A DNA stretch of 64,000 nt from Lentisphaeria bacterium (lineage in GTDB: Bacteria; Verrucomicrobiota; Lentisphaeria; JABSQK01; JAWLHB01): the NCBI GenBank assembly GCA_041690595.1, contig JAWLHB010000008.1, positions 124,001 to 188,000 of the forward strand. The letters run 5' to 3'. Below are positions 9,279 through 18,982 of the stretch, in pieces. Numbering within the stretch: the stretch's first letter is position 1; each line of letters starts with the position of its first letter. Below the pieces are notes generated by a model. The model had not been told where the DNA came from and searched no databases. It saw nothing but the letters and a program-made list of their open reading frames with translations. The position numbers were made by a program, and so were the translations under genes.

Positions 9279-9831
9279 GTTCTCTCCTGTTCGATAGTAC
9301 ACGGGATGCTTGCTCCAGGAATGCATCCAGATAGGTATGGATACCTTAGCGCGTTTCATTCTCGAATCCTATTTTCCCGTCTGGGGAGGAAGCGCAACGG
9401 TGAAGACGACAGAGCCACGTATGGAACGCGAAGGCAGTCTCTTCCTGGTGCCTTCGGCTGGTCAAGCGGCTTTCGCCCGCGCGGGACGGCTACACACGCA
9501 AGTGCGCTGCCGATCCTCAACCCAAGCTTGATCATCCACTCATCCTTCAGCCAACCCGAGGACAGTGTTCCCGCCACCTCGAAACAAATGGCAAGATCGC
9601 GACTCGCGACCTGGCCATGCATGAGGCAACCAATGGATGGGATACCGCCCGGGGAGCTAATCACCTTCCGTTTGGAGGCAATCGAAAAGGTCGCTTGTAG
9701 TGTATGCCGACATGCCATAGGGTAGTCGACGATTTTATTCTCCCCTCGGCAAAAGTCGGCGAGACGGAATAAGGTATCGCCTGCGCTCGGCGCTTTCACC
9801 AGTATAGAATTACAGAAGTGGGAGGTTGGTT

Positions 9832-10668
9832 GTGAAGGAAAAAGTAGGTTCACCGAGTCATGTGCTGTTCTTCCTGAGCGTGACGGTTGGGTTGCTATGT
9901 GCGGCAACGTCGCTGAGCGTTGCCCAAGAGAATTGGGAGCCGGGCGACGAATGGCGAGGCGCCTACAAGGAAGGTGACCGTGTTCAGCTTAAGATTACGG
10001 ATGGGATGTGGCAAACCGGCACAGTGATCGGCAACAATCCTGTTTCCGCCATGCGCCTGGATTGCGAGGAGTATGTCGAGCCAGCGCCCGGAACGTACAG
10101 GCGGGCAGGCGGAATTTATACCAATACAAGCAAAACAGACATCCGTCCGTTTAGGGCTGTTGACACTGCAGAGGTTGAGACGGTAAAGACGACGCAGCCC
10201 GATGGAGATGAAGGACAACAGCCAAAAGAAGTAGATGCGACGAAGCCTGATGAGGGCCCGGCTGCGAAGACTGACAGGAAGACGGCAGGATGTGACTTTG
10301 AAGAGCCTGTGGGCACCGTTTCTAAGGACAGCGAGCCATCGGAGCGGCTTTTCAAGCGCCTTATTTACGAAACGTACAGAGACAAGGCGAATGGCCGCAA
10401 GGTGAGCATCTCGTATCAGTCCTTCCAACTTGGCGAATCGTATATCAACAGGTTGCGGAAGAACGTCAACAGTCACGATGGCGCGCCTGAGAGCGCGGTT
10501 ATTCATACTGTCAGAACGAAGTTCATACTCTGCGAGAGCTATACCGACAGCACAATACGCTGGGTCTATGACGCTCAATACAGTTGCTTCAAAGACAGGT
10601 TCGGTGAATGGGTCTGCCCGTCCGACAGCACGAGAATCCTGGAGCAAACATATCTGAATCACGAGTGA
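9832..10668 (+). CDS. Secreted hypothetical protein (signal peptide, small beta-barrel-like N-domain, acidic linker, Cys-containing C-domain)
   Basis: GGAGG at 9821-9825, then GTG at 9832. Signal-like 'HVLFFLSVTVGLLCAATSLSVA-Q'. 'YKEGDRVQLKITDGMWQTGTVIG' looks Tudor/SH3-like. GC is lower than the neighbours. Confidence 0.75.
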   Translation: MKEKVGSPSHVLFFLSVTVGLLCAATSLSVAQENWEPGDEWRGAYKEGDRVQLKITDGMWQTGTVIGNNPVSAMRLDCEEYVEPAPGTYRRAGGIYTNTSKTDIRPFRAVDTAEVETVKTTQPDGDEGQQPKEVDATKPDEGPAAKTDRKTAGCDFEEPVGTVSKDSEPSERLFKRLIYETYRDKANGRKVSISYQSFQLGESYINRLRKNVNSHDGAPESAVIHTVRTKFILCESYTDSTIRWVYDAQYSCFKDRFGEWVCPSDSTRILEQTYLNHE

Positions 10669-10805
10669 GCGATGCCGCCGGCAATGGTCTCTGCCAGCAT
10701 GGCTGGCGGCTTGCTCGATGCCTCGATCATCAGATGCAGGGAGTGGCGCATGTGCAGGCCCTGCTCGCTTGGCGGCCGGCGCACGGAGTCTTCAGCAGGA
10801 GCCAC

Positions 10806-12344
10806 TCACTTGGCCCTGGCCTTTCTTAACCGTTCGTGACCTTCGCTGGTGACCTGGGTGCCGCCAGCGATGAGGTGCAGTGGCGCGATTCTGGCCAGCG
10901 GCTGGATGCCGTCGTCAGTGATCTTTTTGCAGTTCTCGATGTTGAGTTGGCGCAGGTTGTCCAGCCTGGCAATGTGTGCGATTGCTGCGTCGGTGATGAG
11001 TTCCGCCTTGGCGATGCCGAGTTCGACCAACTGAGTGAGGTTCGCGAGGTGGGCAATTCCCGCGTCGGTGATAGCGGGATTGTAGTTGAAGTTGAGGTGC
11101 GTCAGCCCATCGAGGGCCGCGACGTTCATCAGGGCCTCGTCGGTGAGTCGGTTGTTGGCGAGGCTCAGTTCGCGGAGAGCGGGGAAGTCTCGCAGGCTGG
11201 CGAAGTCGTAGCCGGCGAGTTTACTGCAGTTGCCGACAGCCAGATGCTCCAGCTTGGGAAGATTGGCCAGAGCCGCGAAGCCCTCTGGTGTCACGCCATC
11301 GGAACCGCTGAAAGTCAAGGACCTGAGTTCCGGCAGCGTTGCGATCAGCGCCACCCCCTCGGCGCCGTGCCGGTTCCAGCGATCCAATCGGAGTTCACGG
11401 AGGCTCTTGATCCTGACGAGCAAGGCAGCGGTCTCATTGTCCGTGTAGTCGAGGTTGTTGAGGCCCAGGCGTTGGAGCTTGCTCAGCCCAGTCAGATGGG
11501 CGAGAGCGGGGTTCTTGAGCTTGCTGCAGAAGTCCAGATCCAGATCGCGCAACTCCTTCAATCGGCCGATGGCGGCCAAATCGGTCTCATCGAGGTTGCT
11601 GTTGTTTGCAAGCAGGAGGACCTCCAAGGTCTGGCAGTCGCCGAGTTTGGCGAACCCCGCGGGGGTGACGTGCGAGGCACCGGAGAGGTTCAGCTCGACA
11701 AGCGGCATCCTGGCAAGCGTGGCGACTCCGGAATCGGTGATAGTACGATTGTACCGCAACCGCAGGTAGACGCGCTTCAGCGCCGGGAGCCCGGCCAGAG
11801 CGTTGATGCCGACATCGGTGATCTCGCGACAACCGTCGAGCCGGATGGTTTCGAGCTTGTCGCAGCCAGCCAGATTGGCCAGGCCGGTGTCGGTGATCTG
11901 CCGGCACCTTTCGAGGTTCAGCTCGCGCAGGTTGGGGAGCTTCTTCAAATGCACCAGGCCGTCGTCGGTGACAACTCCGTTGCCTTTGAGGTCAATGGCC
12001 ACCAGGCTCGGCAGCTCCGCAACCTTGGCGAGGGCCTCGTCGCCCAGACGGAATGCCATGCTGACGGCCGGTACGTTGAAGATCTTCACCTCTTCGAGCT
12101 GTTTGTCGAGACTGTGCGACAGCAAGCTGATGCCCCAGCAATAGCTTTCGGGAATGATCGAGACTGCGGTGCCAGCGGCGTGAATGACGCGGCTGTACTG
12201 CGCGGCGGGTGCCTGCTGTACCCAGTACGGGCTGCGGCTGGGCGAGTCGATCGGGGTTTCGGGCGGCGCCGCGAGCGGCTCGCCGGCACCCACAGTGGAC
12301 TGAACGATCAGGAAGGCAAGAACCAGACAACATGCTGCGCGCAT
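10806..12344 (-). CDS. Secreted leucine-rich-repeat protein (F-box/LRR- or AMN1-like cysteine-containing repeats)
   Basis: About 15 tandem ~25-aa repeats LxxLxLxxCxxITDxGLxxLxxL. Signal peptide MRAACCLVLAFLIVQSTVGA. Confidence 0.9.
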   Translation of the reverse strand: MRAACCLVLAFLIVQSTVGAGEPLAAPPETPIDSPSRSPYWVQQAPAAQYSRVIHAAGTAVSIIPESYCWGISLLSHSLDKQLEEVKIFNVPAVSMAFRLGDEALAKVAELPSLVAIDLKGNGVVTDDGLVHLKKLPNLRELNLERCRQITDTGLANLAGCDKLETIRLDGCREITDVGINALAGLPALKRVYLRLRYNRTITDSGVATLARMPLVELNLSGASHVTPAGFAKLGDCQTLEVLLLANNSNLDETDLAAIGRLKELRDLDLDFCSKLKNPALAHLTGLSKLQRLGLNNLDYTDNETAALLVRIKSLRELRLDRWNRHGAEGVALIATLPELRSLTFSGSDGVTPEGFAALANLPKLEHLAVGNCSKLAGYDFASLRDFPALRELSLANNRLTDEALMNVAALDGLTHLNFNYNPAITDAGIAHLANLTQLVELGIAKAELITDAAIAHIARLDNLRQLNIENCKKITDDGIQPLARIAPLHLIAGGTQVTSEGHERLRKARAK

Positions 12345-12682
12345 AGAGAGTACCTTTGTTAGTAGAAGATGACAGAAGGAGCCCACATGACTTTACCGTC
12401 CAGGCCCCAGCATATCAAGAGGCTGGCCTGCATTGCCTGGATTGCATGAATTGCCCCGCCTCACGCCAAAGGCCGGAGCGACGCGTGCAGTGCCTGGCGA
12501 CGGAACAAGCTGCCTTGCCTCCTGTAAATCCGGCCACCTCGTCCGGACTACTCTGTCTTCCGCTTGCATGGCGACAGAGCCGATGTAGGTTCCGTCATCC
12601 CCCGAAAAAGCAAATTTCCATCACTCTGACGACACCTATCCCGATGGTCCCTTGCTTTGAACCCTGCGGCGGAGATGACGCC

Positions 12683-14533
12683 TTGACCAACGCGAACGAG
12701 TTCGCACTCGAGACCTTTGTTGACTTTCCGGATGACGCTCTAACCGCGCCGACCCCGATCGGCGTGTCGCACATCGACTCGCTTATGTCGATGCTCTCGC
12801 AGAACGGTGTACGCCGAGTGCACTGGGGGTATTACGGGGACGGCCACGGCGGGTATCACATACCCGCGGGGATCGAACGCCTCCATCCTGAGACCCCGCT
12901 CGACGTGGACCAGAACCAGTGGGAGAACTACGCGCTGACTTGTGAGCGGCTGGGCAACCCGCTGCGGGTCGCGGTCGAGGCGGCGCACCGGCACGGGATG
13001 GAGATCTACGCCTACTACAAACCGTACGAAACAGGCATCTCTGCCGTGCTCCCGGAGGGGTCTCCGGAGGCCCAGCGCTGGGGCAATGTATCGCACGTCG
13101 GCGGTCGGCTCGCGTGGATCGATCCGTTCGTCGTGAACAACCCCGAGCTGCGCATCAGGCGGCGCACCGACGACCTGCCGGCGGGCCTTGAGACCGCTCG
13201 CATCGGCAAGATCGTGCTGACCAAGAGCGATGCCGCCCCGACGCGCATCACGGCTGAACACCTCCAGATCTGGAGCTCGGATCGCAACTACAATTATCGA
13301 ATGAGCGACGCGCGGTTCGGCTTCGATGAGCGCGTCGTCGCCAGCGACCGCGATGTGACCGACATCTACGGCAACCTCATTACGCGCCAAGGCGACCCGG
13401 TGCGCCAACTCACGCTGTCGGGGCTCGACCTGCCCGATCGGTACGTGCTGGTGACCACCGATTTTGCCGAAGGCACCGGCGACTTCGCCAACACCTGGGA
13501 CCGGTTGATGACCGTATTCGACACGAACGGCGAACCGATGCCCGGCGTATACGCCACCGGCACACAGATCTGGTTCCCGCAGTGGGAGAATTTTCGCACC
13601 GGCGGGCTGACGTTCGACACCGGGCGCGGCCCAGAGCTGACCACGCTCGACCTGCCCAACCAGCAATCGCCGGAGACGTCAAAACGCCAGTCCTCGCGGA
13701 ACTACTATCTGTTCGAGAAGCCGGCCGGCTTCATCGCCTACGCGCGCGGCGTCAACGAATACATGCCCGGCGCGCTTTGCGAAACCGAACCTCGCGTGCA
13801 GGACTATTGGCTTTCCTGTCTGGGCGAAATGCTCGACGCGGGGGTGGACGGCGTCGATTTCCGCGTTGAAAACCATTCGACGCACACCGATTCGCCAAAC
13901 GACTACGGCTTCAACCAGGTCGTGCTCGACAGGATTCCCGTCAGCAGCAAGGCGTTCAAGGCCGACATCGCGCGCGTGCGCGGCGACGCTTACACTGAGT
14001 TTCTTCGCAGCGCCAGCCGCATGATCCGGGAGCGTGGCAGGCGGATGCGCGTTAATCTTAATGTGGCCTGGTTCCGCGCCCCGGAGGAGCGTATACACGC
14101 CCGCCGACTGGCCTTTCCAGGCCTCATCGATTTCCAGTGGCGGCGTTGGATCGAAGAGGGCCTGGTGGACGACGCGACGCTACGTGTGTACGCCAAGCCA
14201 TTCGACAGCATCTTCGGCGAAGACCCCGTGGCGCAGGAGATGATCAGCATCTGCAACGATCGCAATATCCCCGTTCACGTCAACCGTTACGTCCACGGCA
14301 GCCCGAACCTGCTGGACGAATATCAGCGGGTCATCCGTGATGGACGTTTTTCGGGCTTCGTGCTTTACGAGGTATGGTCCTATGCGCACCCGGACGTCGA
14401 CGGGCGCTGGGCGATGGCGTTTCACCGCCAGGAGAACCCTACCGACACCGACCGCCACCTGCACGATCTGCACGAGCGGTGCGTCGAGTCTGTCCGGTCG
14501 GTGTTCGAGGTGCATGCAAAACGTCCACACTGA
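12683..14533 (+). CDS. Glycosyl-hydrolase-like (GHL10/DUF187-type) TIM-barrel protein with an inserted beta domain
   Basis: TTG at 12683 follows GGAGA. Motifs 'GVRRVHWGYYG', 'PLRVAVEAAHRHGMEIYAY', 'EMLDAGVDGVDFR', 'WRRWIEEGLVD', 'FSGFVLYE'. The upstream extension to 12356 looks non-coding. Confidence 0.6.
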   Translation: MTNANEFALETFVDFPDDALTAPTPIGVSHIDSLMSMLSQNGVRRVHWGYYGDGHGGYHIPAGIERLHPETPLDVDQNQWENYALTCERLGNPLRVAVEAAHRHGMEIYAYYKPYETGISAVLPEGSPEAQRWGNVSHVGGRLAWIDPFVVNNPELRIRRRTDDLPAGLETARIGKIVLTKSDAAPTRITAEHLQIWSSDRNYNYRMSDARFGFDERVVASDRDVTDIYGNLITRQGDPVRQLTLSGLDLPDRYVLVTTDFAEGTGDFANTWDRLMTVFDTNGEPMPGVYATGTQIWFPQWENFRTGGLTFDTGRGPELTTLDLPNQQSPETSKRQSSRNYYLFEKPAGFIAYARGVNEYMPGALCETEPRVQDYWLSCLGEMLDAGVDGVDFRVENHSTHTDSPNDYGFNQVVLDRIPVSSKAFKADIARVRGDAYTEFLRSASRMIRERGRRMRVNLNVAWFRAPEERIHARRLAFPGLIDFQWRRWIEEGLVDDATLRVYAKPFDSIFGEDPVAQEMISICNDRNIPVHVNRYVHGSPNLLDEYQRVIRDGRFSGFVLYEVWSYAHPDVDGRWAMAFHRQENPTDTDRHLHDLHERCVESVRSVFEVHAKRPH

Positions 14534-14661
14534 GAAAGCTGGATCGTCGTTGGTTCGCAAGGTATTGCGACTTGGAGGCTTGAACAGCTCCCTTATCGTC
14601 GTATTGCGCAAGACATGGAAAGTCGCCCAGGACGGCGAGGCACAGCCAGAGCAGAATGGCT

Positions 14662-15771
14662 TCAGCCAGCGGCTACTTGATCCGCATCGCTCTTGTATTC
14701 CTGCAAATGCGGGGTGCGCAATGTGGGTGCTATACGAACAGATTCAAGCGGTGCATCGGGAGTTTGTATGGCATCGAGGAGGAGGTCGCCGAGCCGGCGG
14801 GCAATTTCGGCGATATCGAACTCGATCACGGGCAGTTCGACTGGATAGAAAACGCCGGAATTACGGTTGGCGGCGGTGACCAGGTGGAGGTCGCCGGGAA
14901 TCTCGATGCCCACCTGCAGACACGCCTGTACCACACCTTTGCAGGCGATATCGTCCTTCACCAGCACAGCCTGCGGTTTCTCATCCGCTTGCCAGAGTTC
15001 ATTCATCAGCTCGTAGCCGTTGCGCTCGTAATGCTGGGCATACGAGTCGCGGAAACAAATCCATGCGGGTCTGGTCTCCAGCCCGTGCCGTAGACAGCGC
15101 TCGTACCAGTAGTCCACGGCACGCTCATCGCCCATGATCATGCCGACGCGCTGGACGCCGCGCTGGCGCGCGTAGAGCAGAAAGATCTCCATCATCGCAT
15201 CCGTATCCATGACGACCTGCGGGACGGGCAGGCGATGGGAGGTCATGTCGACATGGGGAATTGGATTTTCCTGCCAGATGGGGCACTCCGGCAAGGCCAG
15301 AGGGGTATTGCAGGCGGCGGTCATGAGGCCGGTGAGACGCTTGGCCGCAAGATCTTCCCGCAGCTCCGTCGGCACCTCAGCATCTTCGATGCGGTAATTG
15401 TGGTCAATGTAAAGCTTGAAGCGATACCCGATGCGTTCGAAGAACCTGCGCACTTCCTGGGCAAGGATAGAGGCCAGGGGGGTACGTTGCGGGTGCAGCA
15501 CCTCCTCGCCAATCACCAGGCCGACTATCCCGGCAATTCGATCCCGCAGCACAAACGTGCCGACGCCGCGTCTCGACTCGAGGTAGCCCTCGGATACCAG
15601 ATATTCCACCGCCTTGAAAATCGTCATTCGCGAGTACGGATACATCTCGGCGAGCTCATCGATAGACGGAATCTTCATGCCTCTTCGCCATTCGCCGCGT
15701 TGAATTCGGAACAGCAGATCCGCGGCAACGAGCTGGTGCTTATAACGAGTAGGTGAGGAAGGTTCAGTCAT
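14662..15771 (-). CDS. GntR-family regulator with a LacI/periplasmic-binding-like C-domain (AraR-type)
   Basis: wHTH 'KIPSIDELAEMYPYSRMTIFKAVEYLVSEGYLESRRGVGTFV'; C-domain 'KPQAVLVKDD...IEIPGDLHLV'. Confidence 0.9.
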   Translation of the reverse strand: MTEPSSPTRYKHQLVAADLLFRIQRGEWRRGMKIPSIDELAEMYPYSRMTIFKAVEYLVSEGYLESRRGVGTFVLRDRIAGIVGLVIGEEVLHPQRTPLASILAQEVRRFFERIGYRFKLYIDHNYRIEDAEVPTELREDLAAKRLTGLMTAACNTPLALPECPIWQENPIPHVDMTSHRLPVPQVVMDTDAMMEIFLLYARQRGVQRVGMIMGDERAVDYWYERCLRHGLETRPAWICFRDSYAQHYERNGYELMNELWQADEKPQAVLVKDDIACKGVVQACLQVGIEIPGDLHLVTAANRNSGVFYPVELPVIEFDIAEIARRLGDLLLDAIQTPDAPLESVRIAPTLRTPHLQEYKSDADQVAAG

Positions 15772-15777
15772 ATCAGC

Positions 15778-15805
15778 AGTATAACTCGGATTCGCGAGAT
15801 TTCCA
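15778..15805 (-). promoter_or_regulatory. Putative sigma70 promoter for gntR (TGGAAA-N16-TATACT), probably leaderless
   Basis: On the minus strand TATACT lies exactly 6 nt before the ATG, and there is no Shine-Dalgarno sequence. Confidence 0.5.
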
Positions 15806-15892
15806 GAAGATCAGCTCAGAGAGGCACTTCCTGTGTATCCTATAAGTCTCGCAGATTGCGTTGTTCGTCTGAGCCAGCGCTTCATTCCGCAG

Positions 15893-16933
15893 TCAGCTGG
15901 GCAAGTTTCCTTCGCGGTTATTGTGCTGGAGGTGGCAGGCAATGGCGCGGCCATTGACATCGGCGACGAGTTCCGGGATGGAGTTGCCGCAGGGGGTGAA
16001 GCACTGACTGCAACGGGGGTGGAAAGCACAGCCCGTGGGCAAGTTGCCAGGGTCGGCGACTTCACCGGAGAGGTTCATGTTCATGGGGACGTCGGGATCG
16101 GGATTGGGAACGGCTGAGAGCAACGCCTGGGTATAGGGATGTCGCGGGTCGGCGAAGAGCTCGTCGCTGGGTGCGAGCTCGACGATCTTGCCGGCATACA
16201 TGACGGCGATGCGGTCGCAGATGTGCTTGACGACACTGAGGTCGTGAGCAATGAAGATGTAGGTGAGGCCGAGTTCCTTCTGCAGGTCTTGCAGCAGATT
16301 GATGACCTGCGCCTGCACCGAAACATCGAGCGCGGAAACCGCTTCGTCGCAGACCACCAGCGAGGGGTTCATGATAAGGGCACGGGCGATGCCGATGCGC
16401 TGGCGTTGGCCGCCGCTGAACGCGTGCGGATAGCGGGTGCGGTGCTCGGGCTTGAGGCCGACCTTGGTGAGCATGGCCATGACCTTTTCTTCCCGTTCGG
16501 ACTTGCTGCCGAGTCGATGGATGACGAGGGGTTCCTCCACAATGTCGCCCACGGTCATGCGTGGGTTAAGGCTGGAGAAGGGATCCTGGAAAATCATCTG
16601 CATCTGGGTGCGCAGCGGTTTCAGTTCCGCCGCGGAGAGGGCAGCAAGGTCGACGGTGTGGCCATTGTTGCGGAAGAGCACCTGGCCGCGAGTGGGGGCA
16701 AGGGCGCGGAGGATCGTGCGACCCGTTGTGGTCTTGCCGCAGCCGGACTCGCCGACGATACCCAAGGTCTCGCCCGGCATGAGGTCGAAACTGACCTGGT
16801 CGCAGGCTTTGACCACGCCGAGCTGCTTCTTCAGGAAGCCTTTTCCGTAGATGGGAAAATGCTTACAGAGGTCGCGCACTTGAAGGAGAGGTTTTCGATC
16901 GGTCAGATCGGTCGGATCAGTCGGATCAGACAT
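15893..16933 (-). CDS. Opp/Dpp-family ABC transporter ATP-binding subunit (OppF-like)
   Basis: Walker A GESGCGKT, signature FSGGQRQR, Walker B VVCDE, oligo_HPY '[10 protein letters not shown]', 'GCAFHPRC'. Confidence 0.95.
   Translation of the reverse strand: MSDPTDPTDLTDRKPLLQVRDLCKHFPIYGKGFLKKQLGVVKACDQVSFDLMPGETLGIVGESGCGKTTTGRTILRALAPTRGQVLFRNNGHTVDLAALSAAELKPLRTQMQMIFQDPFSSLNPRMTVGDIVEEPLVIHRLGSKSEREEKVMAMLTKVGLKPEHRTRYPHAFSGGQRQRIGIARALIMNPSLVVCDEAVSALDVSVQAQVINLLQDLQKELGLTYIFIAHDLSVVKHICDRIAVMYAGKIVELAPSDELFADPRHPYTQALLSAVPNPDPDVPMNMNLSGEVADPGNLPTGCAFHPRCSQCFTPCGNSIPELVADVNGRAIACHLQHNNREGNLPS
16897..16932. repeat. Four imperfect 9-bp tandem repeats encoding [11 protein letters not shown] at the OppF-like N-terminus
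   Basis: gatcggtca gatcggtcg gatcagtcg gatcagaca. Confidence 0.8.
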
Positions 16934-17945
16934 GGATGCGCTCCTTCTCCAGCTCATTCAACCGCAGGCAGGCGGCGTGGCGCTCGCCGCCGAGCCACTC
17001 GAGGGGAGGCGGCTTGCCGACGTTGCAGAGACCAGTTTTGGCGTGAGGACAGCGGGGATGGAAGGGACACCCAGGTGGGATCTGGTTGAGCGACGGAACG
17101 CTGCCTTCGATGCTGGGCAGCTTGTCCTTCTTCATCGCCAGACTGGGCAGCGACTTGAGCAGCGACTGAGTATAGGGGTGGCGGGGCTCCTTCATGATCT
17201 GGCGCACCGGCCCACGCTCGACGATGCGGCCCAGATACATCACGGCCACATCGTCCGCGAGCTGTGCGACGACGCCGAGATCGTGGGTGATGAGCAGCGT
17301 GGAGGTGCCCAAATCGCGCTGAAGCCCTTTCATCAAGCCCATGATCTGGGCCTGGATGGTGACGTCGAGAGCGGTGGTCGGCTCGTCGGCGATCAGGATC
17401 TCCGGATTGCAGACCAGGGCCATGGCGATGACGATGCGCTGACGCATGCCGCCGGACATCTCGAAGGGGTACTGATCGATGCGCTTTTCGGGGCCGGGAA
17501 TGCCGACTTTGCCGAGCATCTCGATGGCTTTGGCGCGCGCTTCGGCCTTGCTCACATTCTGGTGCAGGAGGATCGCTTCGCAGATCTGGTTGCCGACCGT
17601 ATGGACGGGGCTGAGGGCGGTCATCGGCTCCTGAAAAATCATGCTGATCTGCCCGCCGCGCAGGTGGAAGAGCGCATCGGACCTCTCGCTGAGCGCCGTG
17701 ATATCGATCGGCTCCCCCTTCTGGGGGTGGAAGGTGATGGTGCCGCCAACGATCTTGCCCGGCTTCTGGATCAGTCGCAGGATCGAGTAGCTGGTGACGC
17801 TCTTGCCACAGCCGGATTCGCCGACCAGCGCCATGATGCGGCCCCGCTTCATCTGAAAACTGACGCCATCCACGGCGCGCACTTCGCCCTCTTCCGTGTG
17901 GAAGTAGACTTGCAGGTTGTCGATGTCGAGGACGTTGTCGTGCAT
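16926..17945 (-). CDS. Opp/Dpp-family ABC transporter ATP-binding subunit (OppD-like)
   Basis: [46 protein letters not shown]. Confidence 0.95.
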   Translation of the reverse strand: MHDNVLDIDNLQVYFHTEEGEVRAVDGVSFQMKRGRIMALVGESGCGKSVTSYSILRLIQKPGKIVGGTITFHPQKGEPIDITALSERSDALFHLRGGQISMIFQEPMTALSPVHTVGNQICEAILLHQNVSKAEARAKAIEMLGKVGIPGPEKRIDQYPFEMSGGMRQRIVIAMALVCNPEILIADEPTTALDVTIQAQIMGLMKGLQRDLGTSTLLITHDLGVVAQLADDVAVMYLGRIVERGPVRQIMKEPRHPYTQSLLKSLPSLAMKKDKLPSIEGSVPSLNQIPPGCPFHPRCPHAKTGLCNVGKPPPLEWLGGERHAACLRLNELEKERIHV

Positions 17946-17946
17946 A

Positions 17947-18966
17947 TCAGGCCATTCGTTCGAGCATGTGTTGAGTGATCTGGTAACGCAGGGGATCGCC
18001 ATTCTGCCAGCGGGTGAACTCCTCGATCACGGTGTCCGCCATGCGCACGACCTCGTCGTTGTGGGCGCCGGCCAGATGACTGCTGATCTGCACATTGGGC
18101 AGGTGGTAAAACCCACAGTCCGGCAGGCACGGCTCGGGATCGGTGACATCGAGCAGGGCCATCAGGTCGGGGCGCTGCTTGAGGACACCGATGAGGTCGG
18201 CTTCGTTGACTTGCGCCCCACGACCGGTGTTGATGAAGGTGGCGTCCTGGCGCATGGACGCGAAGAGTGGGCGGTCGAGCACGCGCTGCAGTTCCGGCAG
18301 ATTGGGCAGGTGGTTGCTGACCACATACGCCTGGCTGAAGGCATCCGCCATCGAGACTTTGGTGACACCGAGATCTTCCGCCTCGGGTTCAGAGAGATAC
18401 GGATCCACGACCAGGATTTTCAGGCGAAACGGCTTGAGCAGGCAAATCAGCTGGCGACCGATCTGGCCGGCCCCGATGATGGCGATTTTTTCACCGTACG
18501 CCCCCTTGCCCTGGAAAGCGATGGTCTGGTGGTTGCCGTCGGGCGTCTGGCAGTCGCGGGTATTGCGGAAGTAACCTTTGCAGGAGAGCAGAATCTGGCC
18601 GAGGCAGAATTCAGCGACGGAGATGGCGTTGGCTGCCCAGGCGCTGACCACGGTGATATCGCGCTCCAGGAACGGCTGGGCCAGCGTCTTCACACTGCCG
18701 GCCGCGTAGAAGAACGCCCGTAGCTTGGGCAGGGCGGCGAACTGATCCGCCTCCAACCTGGGCATGCCCCACGTCGAGAAGATGACCTCGGTGTCTCTCA
18801 GCCTCGGCGCTTCTTCAGCAAAGTTTTCCGAGGTCACAACGACTGGATGCAGGTCGGTAATCTGCTCGATTTGCCGACGTCGGCCATGGCCGTAGACATA
18901 GTCGATGGGGTCACCGGACAAAAACGGTACGCCATCATTGAAAAAGGCTGCCTGAATGCGGCTCAT
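17947..18966 (-). CDS. D-isomer-specific 2-hydroxyacid dehydrogenase family protein
   Basis: Rossmann GAGQIG, 'FINTGRG', 'LDVTDPEP', 'SSHLAG'. Start MSRIQAAFF at 18966. Confidence 0.92.
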   Translation of the reverse strand: MSRIQAAFFNDGVPFLSGDPIDYVYGHGRRRQIEQITDLHPVVVTSENFAEEAPRLRDTEVIFSTWGMPRLEADQFAALPKLRAFFYAAGSVKTLAQPFLERDITVVSAWAANAISVAEFCLGQILLSCKGYFRNTRDCQTPDGNHQTIAFQGKGAYGEKIAIIGAGQIGRQLICLLKPFRLKILVVDPYLSEPEAEDLGVTKVSMADAFSQAYVVSNHLPNLPELQRVLDRPLFASMRQDATFINTGRGAQVNEADLIGVLKQRPDLMALLDVTDPEPCLPDCGFYHLPNVQISSHLAGAHNDEVVRMADTVIEEFTRWQNGDPLRYQITQHMLERMA

Positions 18967-18982
18967 GAGGAAGTCCTTGCGT

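Noticed and set aside
9735..9790. Possible c-di-GMP-I riboswitch (GGCAAA...)
   Set aside because: Lacks the GAAA tetraloop/receptor and GCAAA-CCGG-CUAA features; only a generic hairpin.
10836..12362. 508-aa plus-strand ORF (also 8217-9251, 16139-17089, 16932-17978, 27819-29606, 29793-31439, 33269-34501, 49692-51269)
   Set aside because: Antisense shadows of well-supported genes, expected with high GC3; no recognisable motifs.
12387..12449. 20-codon ORF MTLPSRPQHIKRLACIAWIA after AAGGAG
   Set aside because: Too short, with no supporting homology; it may be chance.
12356..12682. N-terminal extensions given by the ORF track (also 1942, 24676, 37971, 42676, 54122)
   Set aside because: They overlap neighbouring genes or have non-protein-like composition; downstream starts have an RBS, overlap coupling or better domain boundaries.
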